A stretch of 64,000 nt of DNA from an uncultured Rickettsiales bacterium (lineage in GTDB: Bacteria > Pseudomonadota > Alphaproteobacteria > Rickettsiales > SXRF01), in contig CAZYBO010000005.1 of the NCBI GenBank assembly GCA_964645205.1, positions 69,789 to 133,788 on the forward strand, read 5' to 3'. Made by a program: the position numbers and the translations under genes. How positions within the stretch are numbered: the stretch's first letter is position 1; the number at the start of each line of letters is the position of its first letter. Below are positions 38,046-49,165 of this stretch, piece after piece. A model generated the notes under the pieces. That model saw only the letters and a program-made list of their open reading frames with translations. It searched no databases and was not told the origin of the DNA.

Positions 38046-38810
38046 TTATTCCGTAGCGGAGCGTAAATCGACCCGCGTCTGGTACGTCACTATATCGTCA
38101 AACGAATCTTGCGGGCTGCCGGGCGTTTGCGTAGGCAATTTCTGCACGAAAATAATATCGAACAGCGCAGCGGCCGCGGCCTGCGTGCAATGGCAGTTTT
38201 GCAATTCATCCACGTTCACCGAGCCGGATGTGCCTTGCGCCGACTTTGCCTGCACGCGCGCAGTTCCACCTTTGCGTGGGAACGCACCGTGGCCGTTCTT
38301 TCCGTAGCTCAGCAATACGTAGACCGCCATAGTGGTTTTTGGATTCCCCGCGGCGTTGCGGACGGTGATAAGCGCGGTTCCGTCGGTGACAGGAATGGTA
38401 AGGAACGCGTTGGCGGCGACATAATTCGTATGTATGGTATAGACCATGCGCCTGCCCCAGCCGTCTAAAGCATACTCATCGGGAAGACCGAGGGTTTTGG
38501 TAGGCACCATGCCGCTCAGCACAGGGCCGCTGCCGTAAAGGTCGGGCGGAGCGCCGCCGCAGTTCTCCGTGCCGTACGCTGCCGCATCCGTGGCAGCCGT
38601 CTGAAAGGCCGGACACGGCAACCGGTTATAGGTGCGGCGATAATCGAGGATGGTTTTCTGCAGATGCGCCATCTTCGCCTTGGTTTCGTCAATCTGCTTC
38701 TGTTGCAGCGACTCCGTGAGCATGAAAGCGCCCGCCCCCACCACGACACCGATGATGAGCAGCACGATGCTCATCTCCAGTAGCGTAAACCCGTGGCGGC
38801 GCATGGTCAT
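38046..38810 (-). CDS. Type IV pilin/pseudopilin-like protein with prepilin N-methylation motif
   Basis: RRHG|FTLLEMSIVLLIIGVVV, YRRTYNRLPCPA, DGWGRR..Y, C-terminal FDDIV. Confidence 0.85.
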   Translation of the reverse strand: MTMRRHGFTLLEMSIVLLIIGVVVGAGAFMLTESLQQKQIDETKAKMAHLQKTILDYRRTYNRLPCPAFQTAATDAAAYGTENCGGAPPDLYGSGPVLSGMVPTKTLGLPDEYALDGWGRRMVYTIHTNYVAANAFLTIPVTDGTALITVRNAAGNPKTTMAVYVLLSYGKNGHGAFPRKGGTARVQAKSAQGTSGSVNVDELQNCHCTQAAAAALFDIIFVQKLPTQTPGSPQDSFDDIVTYQTRVDLRSATE

Positions 38811-38819
38811 ACGGACTCC

Positions 38820-40220
38820 TTACATGTGAATGACGCGCCCGTATGCGTCGAGCACCGATTCGTGCATCATTTCCGAAAGCGTCGGGTGCGGGAACACGGT
38901 GTGCATCAAATCAAGCTCCGTGCCCTCCATCTGGCGCGCGATCGCGTAGCCCTGAATCATTTCCGTGACTTCCGCACCGATCATGTGCGCGCCGAGCAGT
39001 TCGCCGGTTTTCGCGTCGAATACGGTTTTCACCAGCCCTTCCGGTTCGCCCAGCGCAATCGCCTTGCCGTTACCGATGAATTGGAAACGCCCCACTTTGA
39101 CCGTGTGCCCCTTCTCTTTCGCGGCCTTTTCCGTCATGCCCACGCTTGCAACCTGCGGGTGGCAATAGGTGCAGCCGGGAATGTTCTTCACGTTCAGCGG
39201 ATGCACATCTTTGCTTCCTGCTATTTTTTCCACGCAGATCACCCCTTCGTGGCTGGCCTTGTGTGCAAGCCACGGCGCGCCGGTTAAGTCACCGATGGCA
39301 TATACGCCCGGCTCACCGGTAGCGCTCCATTTATCGACGACGATGTGGGTTTTTTCCACCTTTACCTTCGTGCCTTCCAACCCGAGATTTTCCACGTTAC
39401 CGACGATACCTACCGCAAGAATTACACGATCCACCGTCACGTCGCTCGTCTTGCCGCCCACTTCCAGCGTAACGGTTACGTTGTCTTTGCCTTTTTTTAG
39501 CGCCTTCACGTTAGTCGCCGTGTGGATTTTCATGCCCTGCTTTTCAAACGCCTTGTGCGCGAATTTCGAGATTTCCTCGTCCTCCACCGGCAGGATGCGA
39601 TCCATCACTTCCACCACGGTTACGTCCGCGCCCATTGAGCGGTAGAAGCTCGCGAACTCGATACCGATCGCGCCGCTACCTACTACCAGCAACGATTTCG
39701 GCATTTCGGTAGGCACCATCGCCTCGCGATATGTCCACACCAGCTTGCCGTCCGGCTCCATGCCCGGTAGCGTGCGCGCACGCGCGCCGGTTGCCAGCAC
39801 GATATGTTTCGCGGTCAGCTCCGAGATTTTTTTGCCGTCTTTTTCTATCGACACTTTGCCTTTTCCGGCGAGCTTGCCGTGGCCGTCGATCACCGTGACT
39901 TTATTTTTCTTCATCAGCCCCGAAACGCCTTTCGACAATTGCGCCGCCACGCCACGCGAACGCTGCACGACTTTAGCAAGATCGAACGTGATGTTTTTCG
40001 CGCTGATGCCATACGCATCGAGATTATGCATCAGGTGATAGATTTCCGACGTGCGCAGCAGCGCTTTCGTCGGTATACAACCCCAGTTGAGGCAAATGCC
40101 GCCCATATGCTCGCGCTCGACGATAGCTGTTTTCATGCCGAGCTGCGCCGCGCGGATCGCGGCTACATACCCGCCCGGTCCGCCGCCTATAATCACGATG
40201 TCAAAATTAGTCTCGCTCAT
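38820..40220 (-). CDS. lpdA: Dihydrolipoamide dehydrogenase
   Basis: GGGPGGY, GGICLNWGCIPTK, GSGAIGIE, HPTLSE. Confidence 0.97.
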   Translation of the reverse strand: MSETNFDIVIIGGGPGGYVAAIRAAQLGMKTAIVEREHMGGICLNWGCIPTKALLRTSEIYHLMHNLDAYGISAKNITFDLAKVVQRSRGVAAQLSKGVSGLMKKNKVTVIDGHGKLAGKGKVSIEKDGKKISELTAKHIVLATGARARTLPGMEPDGKLVWTYREAMVPTEMPKSLLVVGSGAIGIEFASFYRSMGADVTVVEVMDRILPVEDEEISKFAHKAFEKQGMKIHTATNVKALKKGKDNVTVTLEVGGKTSDVTVDRVILAVGIVGNVENLGLEGTKVKVEKTHIVVDKWSATGEPGVYAIGDLTGAPWLAHKASHEGVICVEKIAGSKDVHPLNVKNIPGCTYCHPQVASVGMTEKAAKEKGHTVKVGRFQFIGNGKAIALGEPEGLVKTVFDAKTGELLGAHMIGAEVTEMIQGYAIARQMEGTELDLMHTVFPHPTLSEMMHESVLDAYGRVIHM

Positions 40221-40234
40221 AATTCCCCTTATGC

Positions 40235-40540
40235 TTATCCGTTATCCGGCCTGAACCCGCGTACGAGCCACAGCCCGCCAAAGCCCACAACCAGCAAGAG
40301 CAGCGGCGGCAATACGACCAGCGCAGCCTGCTGCATTTTCACTTCGTTTTTATCCTGTTTGCGCATACCACCCGCGTCGATATGCAATTGCGTTTCGTCG
40401 TTCAGCGAAATGGTCAGGCTGCTATCGGCAGCTTCTTCGCTACGCTGGTAGAGGTGCCAGCTTGCACCCGCCATCCACACCACGCTTGCCACCACCCATA
40501 GGCGCAGCATACCGCGCCGCATATTCGCCCTCGCCGTCAT
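40235..40540 (-). CDS. Small two-TM membrane protein
   Basis: Two hydrophobic segments. ATG overlaps the upstream stop. Confidence 0.6.
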   Translation of the reverse strand: MTARANMRRGMLRLWVVASVVWMAGASWHLYQRSEEAADSSLTISLNDETQLHIDAGGMRKQDKNEVKMQQAALVVLPPLLLLVVGFGGLWLVRGFRPDNG

Positions 40541-40998
40541 CACTTCACCTCATCGGGAAGCGGTACGCGCGACGAGTGATGGTCCACAATCACCCATTTA
40601 TTGCCCTTCAGGATGTACGCGAATGAAAACCGCGCGGGGATGGAAATCTGTTCGCCTTCCTGCGTGTAACTCAACGTATACAGCCCGCTATTGAGCGCAA
40701 TATTGCCCGACGCGCGCGGGTGCGATTCGGTAACGTCTACCTTCACATCCGGCTCCGCCATCACTTTTTTGTAATAGGCCAAGCGCGACGCCTGCGTTTT
40801 CATCGGTGCGGTAGCGAAGGTCGAAAACATGATCGCATCCTTGTCGTACAACGCAACCACGCGCTCGGCCTTCCCGCCCTGCACAGCGTCCACCCACTCG
40901 GTAAGGGCGGCGGATACGTCGGGCGCAGCAAACGCGAACGTAGAAGATAGCGACACCAGCAACGCGCACAATCCAGCGGTAATATTGGTAATTTTCAT
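40540..40998 (-). CDS. Secreted NTF2-like protein (DUF4440/SgcJ-EcaC type)
   Basis: Signal peptide, VVALYDKDAI, NSGLYTLSY, ARFSFAY, WVIVDHHSS. Confidence 0.8.
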   Translation of the reverse strand: MKITNITAGLCALLVSLSSTFAFAAPDVSAALTEWVDAVQGGKAERVVALYDKDAIMFSTFATAPMKTQASRLAYYKKVMAEPDVKVDVTESHPRASGNIALNSGLYTLSYTQEGEQISIPARFSFAYILKGNKWVIVDHHSSRVPLPDEVK

Positions 40999-41008
40999 GA
41001 TGCGTTCC

Positions 41009-42262
41009 TTAGAGTAACAGCAAGCTCGGTTTTTCGACAAATCCCTTGAAGGCCTGCAGGAACTCCGCGCCTACCGCACCATCGACCACGCGGTGATCGA
41101 CAGATAGCGTAACATCCATCACGTTGCGCACTACCATCTGACCGCCACGCACGACGACACGTTCTTCGCCCGCGCCCACCGCCAGTATGCAGCCCTGCGG
41201 CGGGTTGACGATGGCGGCGAAATTCTTCACGCCGTACATGCCGAGGTTGGAGATCGAGAAGCCGCCGCCCTGAAATTCTTCCGGCGCAAGTTTGTTGGTG
41301 CGCGCGCGTGCGGCTAGGTCTTTCATCTCGGACGAAATCGCCACCACGTTTTTTTGGTCGGCGTTTTTGACGATGGGTGTGATCAGCCCGCCGTCGATAG
41401 CCACCGCCACGGAAATATCGACATTGTTATATTGCAGAATCGCCTCATCCGACCACGACGCATTCGCCGCCGGGATTTTCTTCAGCGCAAGCGCAACGGC
41501 CTTGATGATGAAATCGTTCACCGACAATTTGTAGGCAGGTTTTTTATCCTTGCCCGCGGTGGTTTCGGCATCGAAATTGATGTCCTTGCGCACGTCGAGC
41601 AGCTTGTCCAGTTCGCACTCCACCGTGAGGTAGAAATGCGGCACCTGCTGTTTCGATTCCGTCAGGCGGCGCGCAATCACCTTACGCATCGACGTATTGG
41701 GGAGCTTCGTGAATTCCACGCTATTGCGCATCACGCGGCCTTTACCTGCGCCGCCGGAAGCCAGCGCCTTCAGCACGTCCTCTTTCACCACGCGCCCGTG
41801 CGGGCCGGTGCCTTGGATGAAGCCAATATCGATACCTTCATTGCCTGCGATGCGCTTGGCAAGCGGCGATGCGAATACGCGGCCACCGGCGCTGCTTGCT
41901 GCAGACGGCGCGGAAGCTACAGGCGCAGCAGAAGCAGCAGCGGCAGGAGCTTCCGGTTTTGCAGCGGCGGCGGGTGCTGCCGCTTTCGGCTTATAGCTTT
42001 CCAGCACTTTCTTATCCTCGCCGTCTTCCAGCAACAACGCGATGAGCTGATTGACCTTCACCCCTTCCGTGCCCGCGCCGATGGCGATTTTGCCGATGAC
42101 GCCTTCGTCCACGGCTTCCACTTCCATCGTCGCCTTGTCGGTTTCGATTTCGGCGATCACCTGGCCGGATTTGATTTTATCGCCTTCCTTCACCAGCCAT
42201 TTGGCGAGGTTGCCCTCGGTCATGGTGGGGGAAAGCGCGGGCATGAGAATTTCTATGGGCAT
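41009..42262 (-). CDS. pdhC: Pyruvate dehydrogenase E2
   Basis: Lipoyl domain [32 protein letters not shown]. Confidence 0.97.
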   Translation of the reverse strand: MPIEILMPALSPTMTEGNLAKWLVKEGDKIKSGQVIAEIETDKATMEVEAVDEGVIGKIAIGAGTEGVKVNQLIALLLEDGEDKKVLESYKPKAAAPAAAAKPEAPAAAASAAPVASAPSAASSAGGRVFASPLAKRIAGNEGIDIGFIQGTGPHGRVVKEDVLKALASGGAGKGRVMRNSVEFTKLPNTSMRKVIARRLTESKQQVPHFYLTVECELDKLLDVRKDINFDAETTAGKDKKPAYKLSVNDFIIKAVALALKKIPAANASWSDEAILQYNNVDISVAVAIDGGLITPIVKNADQKNVVAISSEMKDLAARARTNKLAPEEFQGGGFSISNLGMYGVKNFAAIVNPPQGCILAVGAGEERVVVRGGQMVVRNVMDVTLSVDHRVVDGAVGAEFLQAFKGFVEKPSLLLL

Positions 42263-42279
42263 AGGAAGTCCTTAGTATG

Positions 42280-42355
42280 TGTCATCCTGAACGAAGTGAA
42301 GGATCTTTCTTCCTGCGTACGGCGTTTAGACCCTTCGCGTGCGCTCAGGATGACA
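42280..42355. repeat. Gene-less YGTC hairpin dimer (type B), intergenic upstream of pdhC
   Basis: TGTCATCCTGAACGAAGTGAAGGATCT...AGACCCTTCGCGTGCGCTCAGGATGACA. Confidence 0.9.
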
Positions 42356-42362
42356 AATAAAG

Positions 42363-42776
42363 TTAGTTGTTACAGTTCCCCTGTTTATAGGAGTTGGAAT
42401 TCAGGGTCACCTGGAATTTCTGGGTGGTGAGGAATTCGGCGAATTTGAACGCTTCGTCGGCATTACTCAGCATGTAGGATACGCTGCCGTTGAGCTGGTA
42501 GACGGGCTGGTTATATTCGTTCTGCGTGTAAATATTATAGTTCATATTCTGCTTCTCGAATTTTTTCAGCTCTTGCTGCTTGGCGAATTGCTCGATGGTG
42601 GCGGACTGCTCGTCGAATTTGGCTTTCGCTTCCTTGATAGTGGGAACCTTGTGGTTGAAATTGATGCCGACCGTCACGTTTTCCTTCATCGTGCAACCGG
42701 CGGGCAGCGGGGTTTCCGCGAATGCAGGCGCAGCAAACATTGCAGCCAGCGCCATAACCGTCATCATCGTCTTCAT
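42363..42776 (-). CDS. Secreted hypothetical protein, paralog 3 of a tandem triplet
   Basis: SD GGAGG, signal ..PAFA, shared pattern with its neighbours (NY..Y.L.GSV.Y.L..A.FA.L...G.C). Confidence 0.7.
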   Translation of the reverse strand: MKTMMTVMALAAMFAAPAFAETPLPAGCTMKENVTVGINFNHKVPTIKEAKAKFDEQSATIEQFAKQQELKKFEKQNMNYNIYTQNEYNQPVYQLNGSVSYMLSNADEAFKFAEFLTTQKFQVTLNSNSYKQGNCNN

Positions 42777-42795
42777 AACACCTCCAAAAGATTGA

Positions 42796-43248
42796 TTATA
42801 CATCGCCTTCACTGTCCTCAATAGGCACGCTTCCGAAGCAATTGCCGTCAGCGTGGCCGTTTACGTTCAGGTTCACCTTGTACTGTTTCGCTTCCAGAAT
42901 TTCCGCGAGTTCCCATGCCGCTTTCGCGCTGCCGATATTGAATGACACGCTGGCCTGCCCGGAATACGTCATCTGCTGCGGTTGAGCATTGATGGTATAG
43001 TTCTGGTTGTTTATGACCAGCTTTTCTATGCCCTTGGTCAGTTCCTGCACTTCCTTGAGTTTCACGTCGAGCTGCGCCACCATCTCTTGTGGGCTTTTCG
43101 CCATGCCGCCGGGAACGGTCAGCGACAGCGTGGCGTTTTCGCGCAGCACACCGGCGCACGCACCGCCCGTCGCAATTAGTGATTTCGCCTGCGCGGGAAC
43201 AGCCGCCAGCACGCATACCAGCATCACCACATAGTTGATTCTAGCCAC
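42796..43248 (-). CDS. Secreted hypothetical protein, paralog 2
   Basis: Signal ..PAQA, NQNYTIN, GQASVSF, AWELAEILEAKQYKV, DGNC. Confidence 0.7.
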   Translation of the reverse strand: MARINYVVMLVCVLAAVPAQAKSLIATGGACAGVLRENATLSLTVPGGMAKSPQEMVAQLDVKLKEVQELTKGIEKLVINNQNYTINAQPQQMTYSGQASVSFNIGSAKAAWELAEILEAKQYKVNLNVNGHADGNCFGSVPIEDSEGDV

Positions 43249-43651
43249 CGCAACTCCCCCTCACATCGCTGATTTCCGCCTTATAATGATGGGCTTCTAA
43301 CAGTTTGGCAAATGGTTCCGCAACCTCGGGAGTAAGCCGATACGTTACGTTGCCGCTGAGTGCGTAAATGTTGTCGCTCGAAGACAGGTAATAGTTTTTA
43401 TTTTCCGGCGCGGGGAGCACGATAGCCTGCGCCTGCGCGAGCGTTTCGATCCGCTTGGTCTGCTCCTCGAAATAGGCCTTGCCTTCGGTCATCGTATCGA
43501 ACCGAATATCGTTGAAAGTAATGGCGACATATTTATCGCCGGGCGCGATCGCTTCGATGATGGCAGGCGTAACTTTGCTCATGCCGGTTTGAGGGCTGTA
43601 GATCATCATCAGCGCCAGGACACATACCAGTATGCCGATGGCGCGTTTCAT
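43241..43651 (-). CDS. Secreted or membrane-anchored hypothetical protein, paralog 1
   Basis: Hydrophobic N-terminus, EGKAYFEEQTKRIETLAQ, LSGNVTYRL, FAKLLEAHHYK, RGSC. Confidence 0.7.
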   Translation of the reverse strand: MKRAIGILVCVLALMMIYSPQTGMSKVTPAIIEAIAPGDKYVAITFNDIRFDTMTEGKAYFEEQTKRIETLAQAQAIVLPAPENKNYYLSSSDNIYALSGNVTYRLTPEVAEPFAKLLEAHHYKAEISDVRGSCGG

Positions 43652-43656
43652 GGCTC

Positions 43657-44637
43657 TCAGACCTTATAGCAGACGCGTTTGACGGCCTCGACGATATGCG
43701 AGGCTTGCGGCAGCGCAAGTTTTTCAAGGTTGGCGGCGTAGGGCAACGGCACGTCCGCACCCGCCACGCGCACAACCGGCGCGTCGAGATAATCGAACGC
43801 ATGCTCCATGATCTGCGCGGCGATTTCCGCGCCGATGCCGGCGCCCGGCCAGCCTTCTTCCACCGACACGCAGCGGTTGGTTTTCTTCACCGATTCGATG
43901 ATGGTTTCCGTATCCAGCGGGCGCAGGGTGCGGAGGTCGATCACTTCGGCGCTGATGCCTTCAGCAGCCAGCTCTTCCGCCGCCTGCAGCGCTTTGCCCA
44001 CCATGATCGAAAACGCGACGATGGTGACATCCGTGCCTTCGCGCACGATAGCGGCCTTGCCGATTTCCAGCACTTCATCCGGCTCCGGTGCATCGAAACT
44101 CTGGCCGTATAGCATTTCGTTCTCAAGGAAAACAATCGGATTCGGGTCGCGGATCGCGGCTTTCAGCAATCCCTTCGCGCTCGCTGCGTCCCACGGCGCG
44201 ATCACTTTCAGCCCCGGCACGTGCGCATACCAGCTCGCATAGCACTGCGAATGCTGCGCGCCCACGCGCGAAGCCGCACCGTTAGGGCCGCGGAACACGA
44301 TGGGGCAACGAATCTGCCCGCCCGACATGTAATTGGTTTTCGCCGCCGAGTTGATGAGATGATCCATCGCCTGCATCGCGAAATTGAACGTCATGAATTC
44401 CACCACCGGCTTCAGCCCCATCATCGCCGCGCCAACGCCAAGGCCTGCGAAACCGTGCTCGGTAATCGGCGTGTCCACTACGCGGCGCGCGCCGAATTCG
44501 GCCAGCAGCCCTTGCGTCACTTTGTACGCGCCCTGATATTCGGCGACTTCCTCGCCCATGACGAATACATCGGCATCGCGGCGCATTTCTTCCGCCATCG
44601 CATCGCGCAGTGCATCTCTTACGGTAATAGTAGCCAC
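43657..44637 (-). CDS. pdhB: Pyruvate dehydrogenase E1 beta (326 aa, no lipoyl domain)
   Basis: GTG start after [39 protein letters not shown]. Confidence 0.97.
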   Translation of the reverse strand: MATITVRDALRDAMAEEMRRDADVFVMGEEVAEYQGAYKVTQGLLAEFGARRVVDTPITEHGFAGLGVGAAMMGLKPVVEFMTFNFAMQAMDHLINSAAKTNYMSGGQIRCPIVFRGPNGAASRVGAQHSQCYASWYAHVPGLKVIAPWDAASAKGLLKAAIRDPNPIVFLENEMLYGQSFDAPEPDEVLEIGKAAIVREGTDVTIVAFSIMVGKALQAAEELAAEGISAEVIDLRTLRPLDTETIIESVKKTNRCVSVEEGWPGAGIGAEIAAQIMEHAFDYLDAPVVRVAGADVPLPYAANLEKLALPQASHIVEAVKRVCYKV

Positions 44638-44656
44638 GTTATCATCCCCTCGATAT

Positions 44657-45027
44657 TGTCATTCCTGCGAAAGCAGGAATCTTAATCTTGCCCTAAACCC
44701 AATCCTGTATTTCGTCGTACAAATCTTTCCATTCCGGATTCAGCTTTTCAATCAACTCTACTTTCCACTCCCGCTTCCAGCGCTTCAGGCATTTTTCGCG
44801 CTGAATAGCGCGGTCTACATAGTCGAAAACTTCAACATACACTAATTTTTTAATATGGTATTTCTTGCTATGCCCCTCTATCAATCCGTCCTTATGTTCC
44901 CTGACTCTTCTTACCAGATCCTTCGTCACTCCAATGTACAGTACGCCATATCTTTTGCTTGCCAGCACATACACATAGTATCTATGCGTTTTGCTCATTC
45001 AAGATCCCTGCTTTCGCAGGGATGACA
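44657..45027. mobile_element. GIY-YIG cassette A bracketed by inverted TGTC hairpins
   Basis: Arms at 44657-44682 (TGTCATTCCTGCGAAAGCAGGAATCT) and 45002-45027 (AGATCCCTGCTTTCGCAGGGATGACA). Mobility is inferred. Confidence 0.8.
44693..44998 (-). CDS. Short GIY-YIG nuclease (COG2827/YhbQ-like)
   Basis: YYVY..LYIGVT.DLVRR..EHK..AIQREK..KRW..LNPEW.DLY. Confidence 0.92.
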   Translation of the reverse strand: MSKTHRYYVYVLASKRYGVLYIGVTKDLVRRVREHKDGLIEGHSKKYHIKKLVYVEVFDYVDRAIQREKCLKRWKREWKVELIEKLNPEWKDLYDEIQDWV

Positions 45028-45047
45028 ACACAAAACCGTATCCATAC

Positions 45048-45212
45048 TCAATCCGCCCTAGGCCCCACGCCGCTATTGTAGCCCGCGTTGCCTTTCTGCT
45101 TACTCGCTTCCGCCCAGCAGCCTTTGAAATAGGCCTTGTCGCCGACCGACTCGCCTTCCTCCGGCATGCAGTAACAGCCCGACAGAAGCAGCACGAGCGC
45201 AAGCGCGCGCAT
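45048..45212 (-). CDS. 54-aa putative lipoprotein
   Basis: MRALALVLLLSG-C lipobox. ATG overlaps the pdhA TAA. Confidence 0.55.
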   Translation of the reverse strand: MRALALVLLLSGCYCMPEEGESVGDKAYFKGCWAEASKQKGNAGYNSGVGPRAD

Positions 45213-46234
45213 TATTCCACCACCACGTCCGTCCACAGCTCACCCTCGTCCGGTTCGGGGCTGGACTGTGCGAATTCCGCGGCTTCGTTGACGATAACTT
45301 TAATGTCCTTATCGATGTCCTTGAACGCATCCTCGTTGCCGAACCCCTGACGGATCATGTTGCCCTTCAGCCCTTCGATCGGGTCGCGCTGTTCCTTGTA
45401 CTGCTCCACCTCTTCCTTGCTGCGGTATTTCGCAGGGTCGGACATGGAGTGGCCGCGATAGCGGTAGGTTTTCATTTCCAGCAGGAATGGGCCGTTGCCC
45501 TCGCGCACATATTGCACCGCCTCACGCCCCGCTTCGCGCACGGCCAGCACGTCCATGCCGTTGACCTGCTTTCCGGGAATGCCGAAACCCTCGCCGCGGC
45601 GGAACAGTTCGGTGGTGGAGTGCGAGCGCTTCACGCTCGTGCCCATCGCGTATTCATTGTTTTCGATGATGTAGATCACCGGCAGTTTCCACAGGCTCGC
45701 CATGTTGAACGATTCGTATACCTGCCCCTGATTCACCGAGCCGTCGCCGAAATAGGTGAGGCTCAGGCAACCGTTGTTACGGTATTTATGCGCGAACGCG
45801 ATGCCGGTGCCGATGGGCACTTGCGCGCCGACGATGCCGTGGCCGCCGTAGAAATGTTTTTCCGTGGAGAACATGTGCATCGACCCGCCCTTGCCCTTGG
45901 AGAACCCGCCGATACGTCCGGTGAGTTCCGCCATGATGCCCTTGGGATCCATGCCGCAAGCGACCATGTGGCCGTGGTCGCGGTAGCTGGTGATGACGGC
46001 GTCGTTGGGCGTGATGCAATCTTGCATGCCGACGACCACCGCTTCCTGCCCGATATACAAATGGCAGAACCCGCCGATCAGCCCCATGCCGTAAAGCTGC
46101 CCGGCTTTTTCTTCAAAGCGGCGGATCAGCAGCATGTCGCGGTAGAGCTTGAACAGGAGTTCTTTGGAGACGGCGTTGGCGCCGCCTTTCTGGGCAGCGG
46201 TATTTTCGGGAAGTTTGCTCGCAGCTTTCGCCAT
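45212..46234 (-). CDS. pdhA: Pyruvate dehydrogenase E1 alpha
   Basis: GFCHLYIGQEA, GKGGSMH, FGDGSVNQGQVYE, TYRYRGHSMSDP. Confidence 0.97.
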   Translation of the reverse strand: MAKAASKLPENTAAQKGGANAVSKELLFKLYRDMLLIRRFEEKAGQLYGMGLIGGFCHLYIGQEAVVVGMQDCITPNDAVITSYRDHGHMVACGMDPKGIMAELTGRIGGFSKGKGGSMHMFSTEKHFYGGHGIVGAQVPIGTGIAFAHKYRNNGCLSLTYFGDGSVNQGQVYESFNMASLWKLPVIYIIENNEYAMGTSVKRSHSTTELFRRGEGFGIPGKQVNGMDVLAVREAGREAVQYVREGNGPFLLEMKTYRYRGHSMSDPAKYRSKEEVEQYKEQRDPIEGLKGNMIRQGFGNEDAFKDIDKDIKVIVNEAAEFAQSSPEPDEGELWTDVVVE

Positions 46235-46348
46235 GATCGCTCTCAAGGAAAGGGGTATGTGTGAGAGCTTTATAAACACTAAGAACGGGTGGTTATGCAA
46301 GCGTTTAATGCAGCATGCCTTGCTGCATTGCAGCGTAAGCGCGCGCCG

Positions 46349-46684
46349 TTACTGAGCCTGTTCGTTGAGGAAATACACCACCTCGTTTTTACCCGCCATG
46401 CCGAGCACCAGCCGCGCCTGCTCGTCGAGCAGGTCAAGGTCGAGCGAATCGCTACTCAGACCTTTCACTTTTTTCTCCAGCGCATCATGCTCGGCGTTCA
46501 CTTCCGCAAGCTCGGCTTTAAGCTGTTCCAACTTGCGCGTTTCCTTGAATAAAGCCACCACGCCGCGTTCGCCGCTGATCGCATGAAAACCGAGGTAAAA
46601 CAGCACCAGCACACACAAAAGCGATACGGCCGCCCGCTTAAAAAACGGTCGCCTTACTTCAGCATATGCCTGATTTCTTCTCAT
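46349..46684 (-). CDS. ftsB: Septum formation initiator FtsB/DivIC
   Basis: TM helix, YLGFHAISGERG, coiled coil, DLDLLDEQAR..LG. Lies upstream of pdhA. Confidence 0.85.
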   Translation of the reverse strand: MRRNQAYAEVRRPFFKRAAVSLLCVLVLFYLGFHAISGERGVVALFKETRKLEQLKAELAEVNAEHDALEKKVKGLSSDSLDLDLLDEQARLVLGMAGKNEVVYFLNEQAQ

Positions 46685-46765
46685 ATAGCCGCTTAATCTA
46701 CATAAAATTCAGGGATTTTGAAAGATAATTTAACAGTTGCGACTGGATTTATGCGCCCCATGCAG

Positions 46766-46781
46766 TTAAAATTAGCTTAAC
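46766..46781. promoter_or_regulatory. Full CtrA box
   Basis: TTAA-AATTAGC-TTAAC in the divergent gap between ftsB and the 46794 ORF. Confidence 0.6.
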
Positions 46782-46793
46782 ATTAAGGGCTGT

Positions 46794-48520
<1,727 letters not shown>

Positions 48521-48602
48521 TTAACAGTTGAAATTTCATGCTGGGCTACCGGCTGCACATAGGCTATACTGGCTAGAGTGTGACCTTGAACGGGAGTAGC
48601 GT

Positions 48603-49064
48603 ATGAGCATCTCTGTTGGCATGAAAGCACGCAAAAAGCAATCTTCTTTATCAGCCCCGCCCGAGGCGGGCAGCGCACCCCCGCTGGAGAAATCCATACT
48701 CGCGCTGGAAAGCGCCTGCCTGCGTATCCTCGAAAACCGCAACGCCACCGGTGTCCACGACACCGACCGGCTCTACTGGCAACAACGCCTGAAAAACATC
48801 GCCACCCCCGTATCGCTGGCGCTGCGCGAATGCCGCGGCCTGCGCCGCTTCCACAACCATTACCGCCACCGCGAGGACGACGAAGCCGTGCTGCGCCCCG
48901 TCATGGAACCCTGCCCCATCACCATGCTCGCACAGGTATGCGACCACGCGCTGGAAGCCTGCCGCTACGACCTGCTAGGCGTCCGCGACAACGGCCTCAA
49001 CAGCCAACGCCGCGCACTGGAAGCCGCGTTGCAGGGATTTTTGATACGGCAGAGGAAAGCGTAA
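48603..49064 (+). CDS. Hypothetical protein
   Basis: 153-aa ORF between eno and kdsA. No recognised motif. Confidence 0.55.
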   Translation: MSISVGMKARKKQSSLSAPPEAGSAPPLEKSILALESACLRILENRNATGVHDTDRLYWQQRLKNIATPVSLALRECRGLRRFHNHYRHREDDEAVLRPVMEPCPITMLAQVCDHALEACRYDLLGVRDNGLNSQRRALEAALQGFLIRQRKA

Positions 49065-49083
49065 AATAACCTGCTTTAACCTT

Positions 49084-49155
49084 TGTCATTCCTGCGAAAG
49101 CAGGAATCTTGGGTTTAGCCGAAAAGCATAGATTCCTGCTTTCGCAGGAATGACA
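49084..49155. repeat. Gene-less YGTC hairpin dimer (type A)
   Basis: TGTCATTCCTGCGAAAGCAGGAATCT-N20-AGATTCCTGCTTTCGCAGGAATGACA is a perfect 26-bp inverted repeat, identical to the left arm of cassette A. Confidence 0.95.
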
Positions 49156-49165
49156 ACATATGAAG

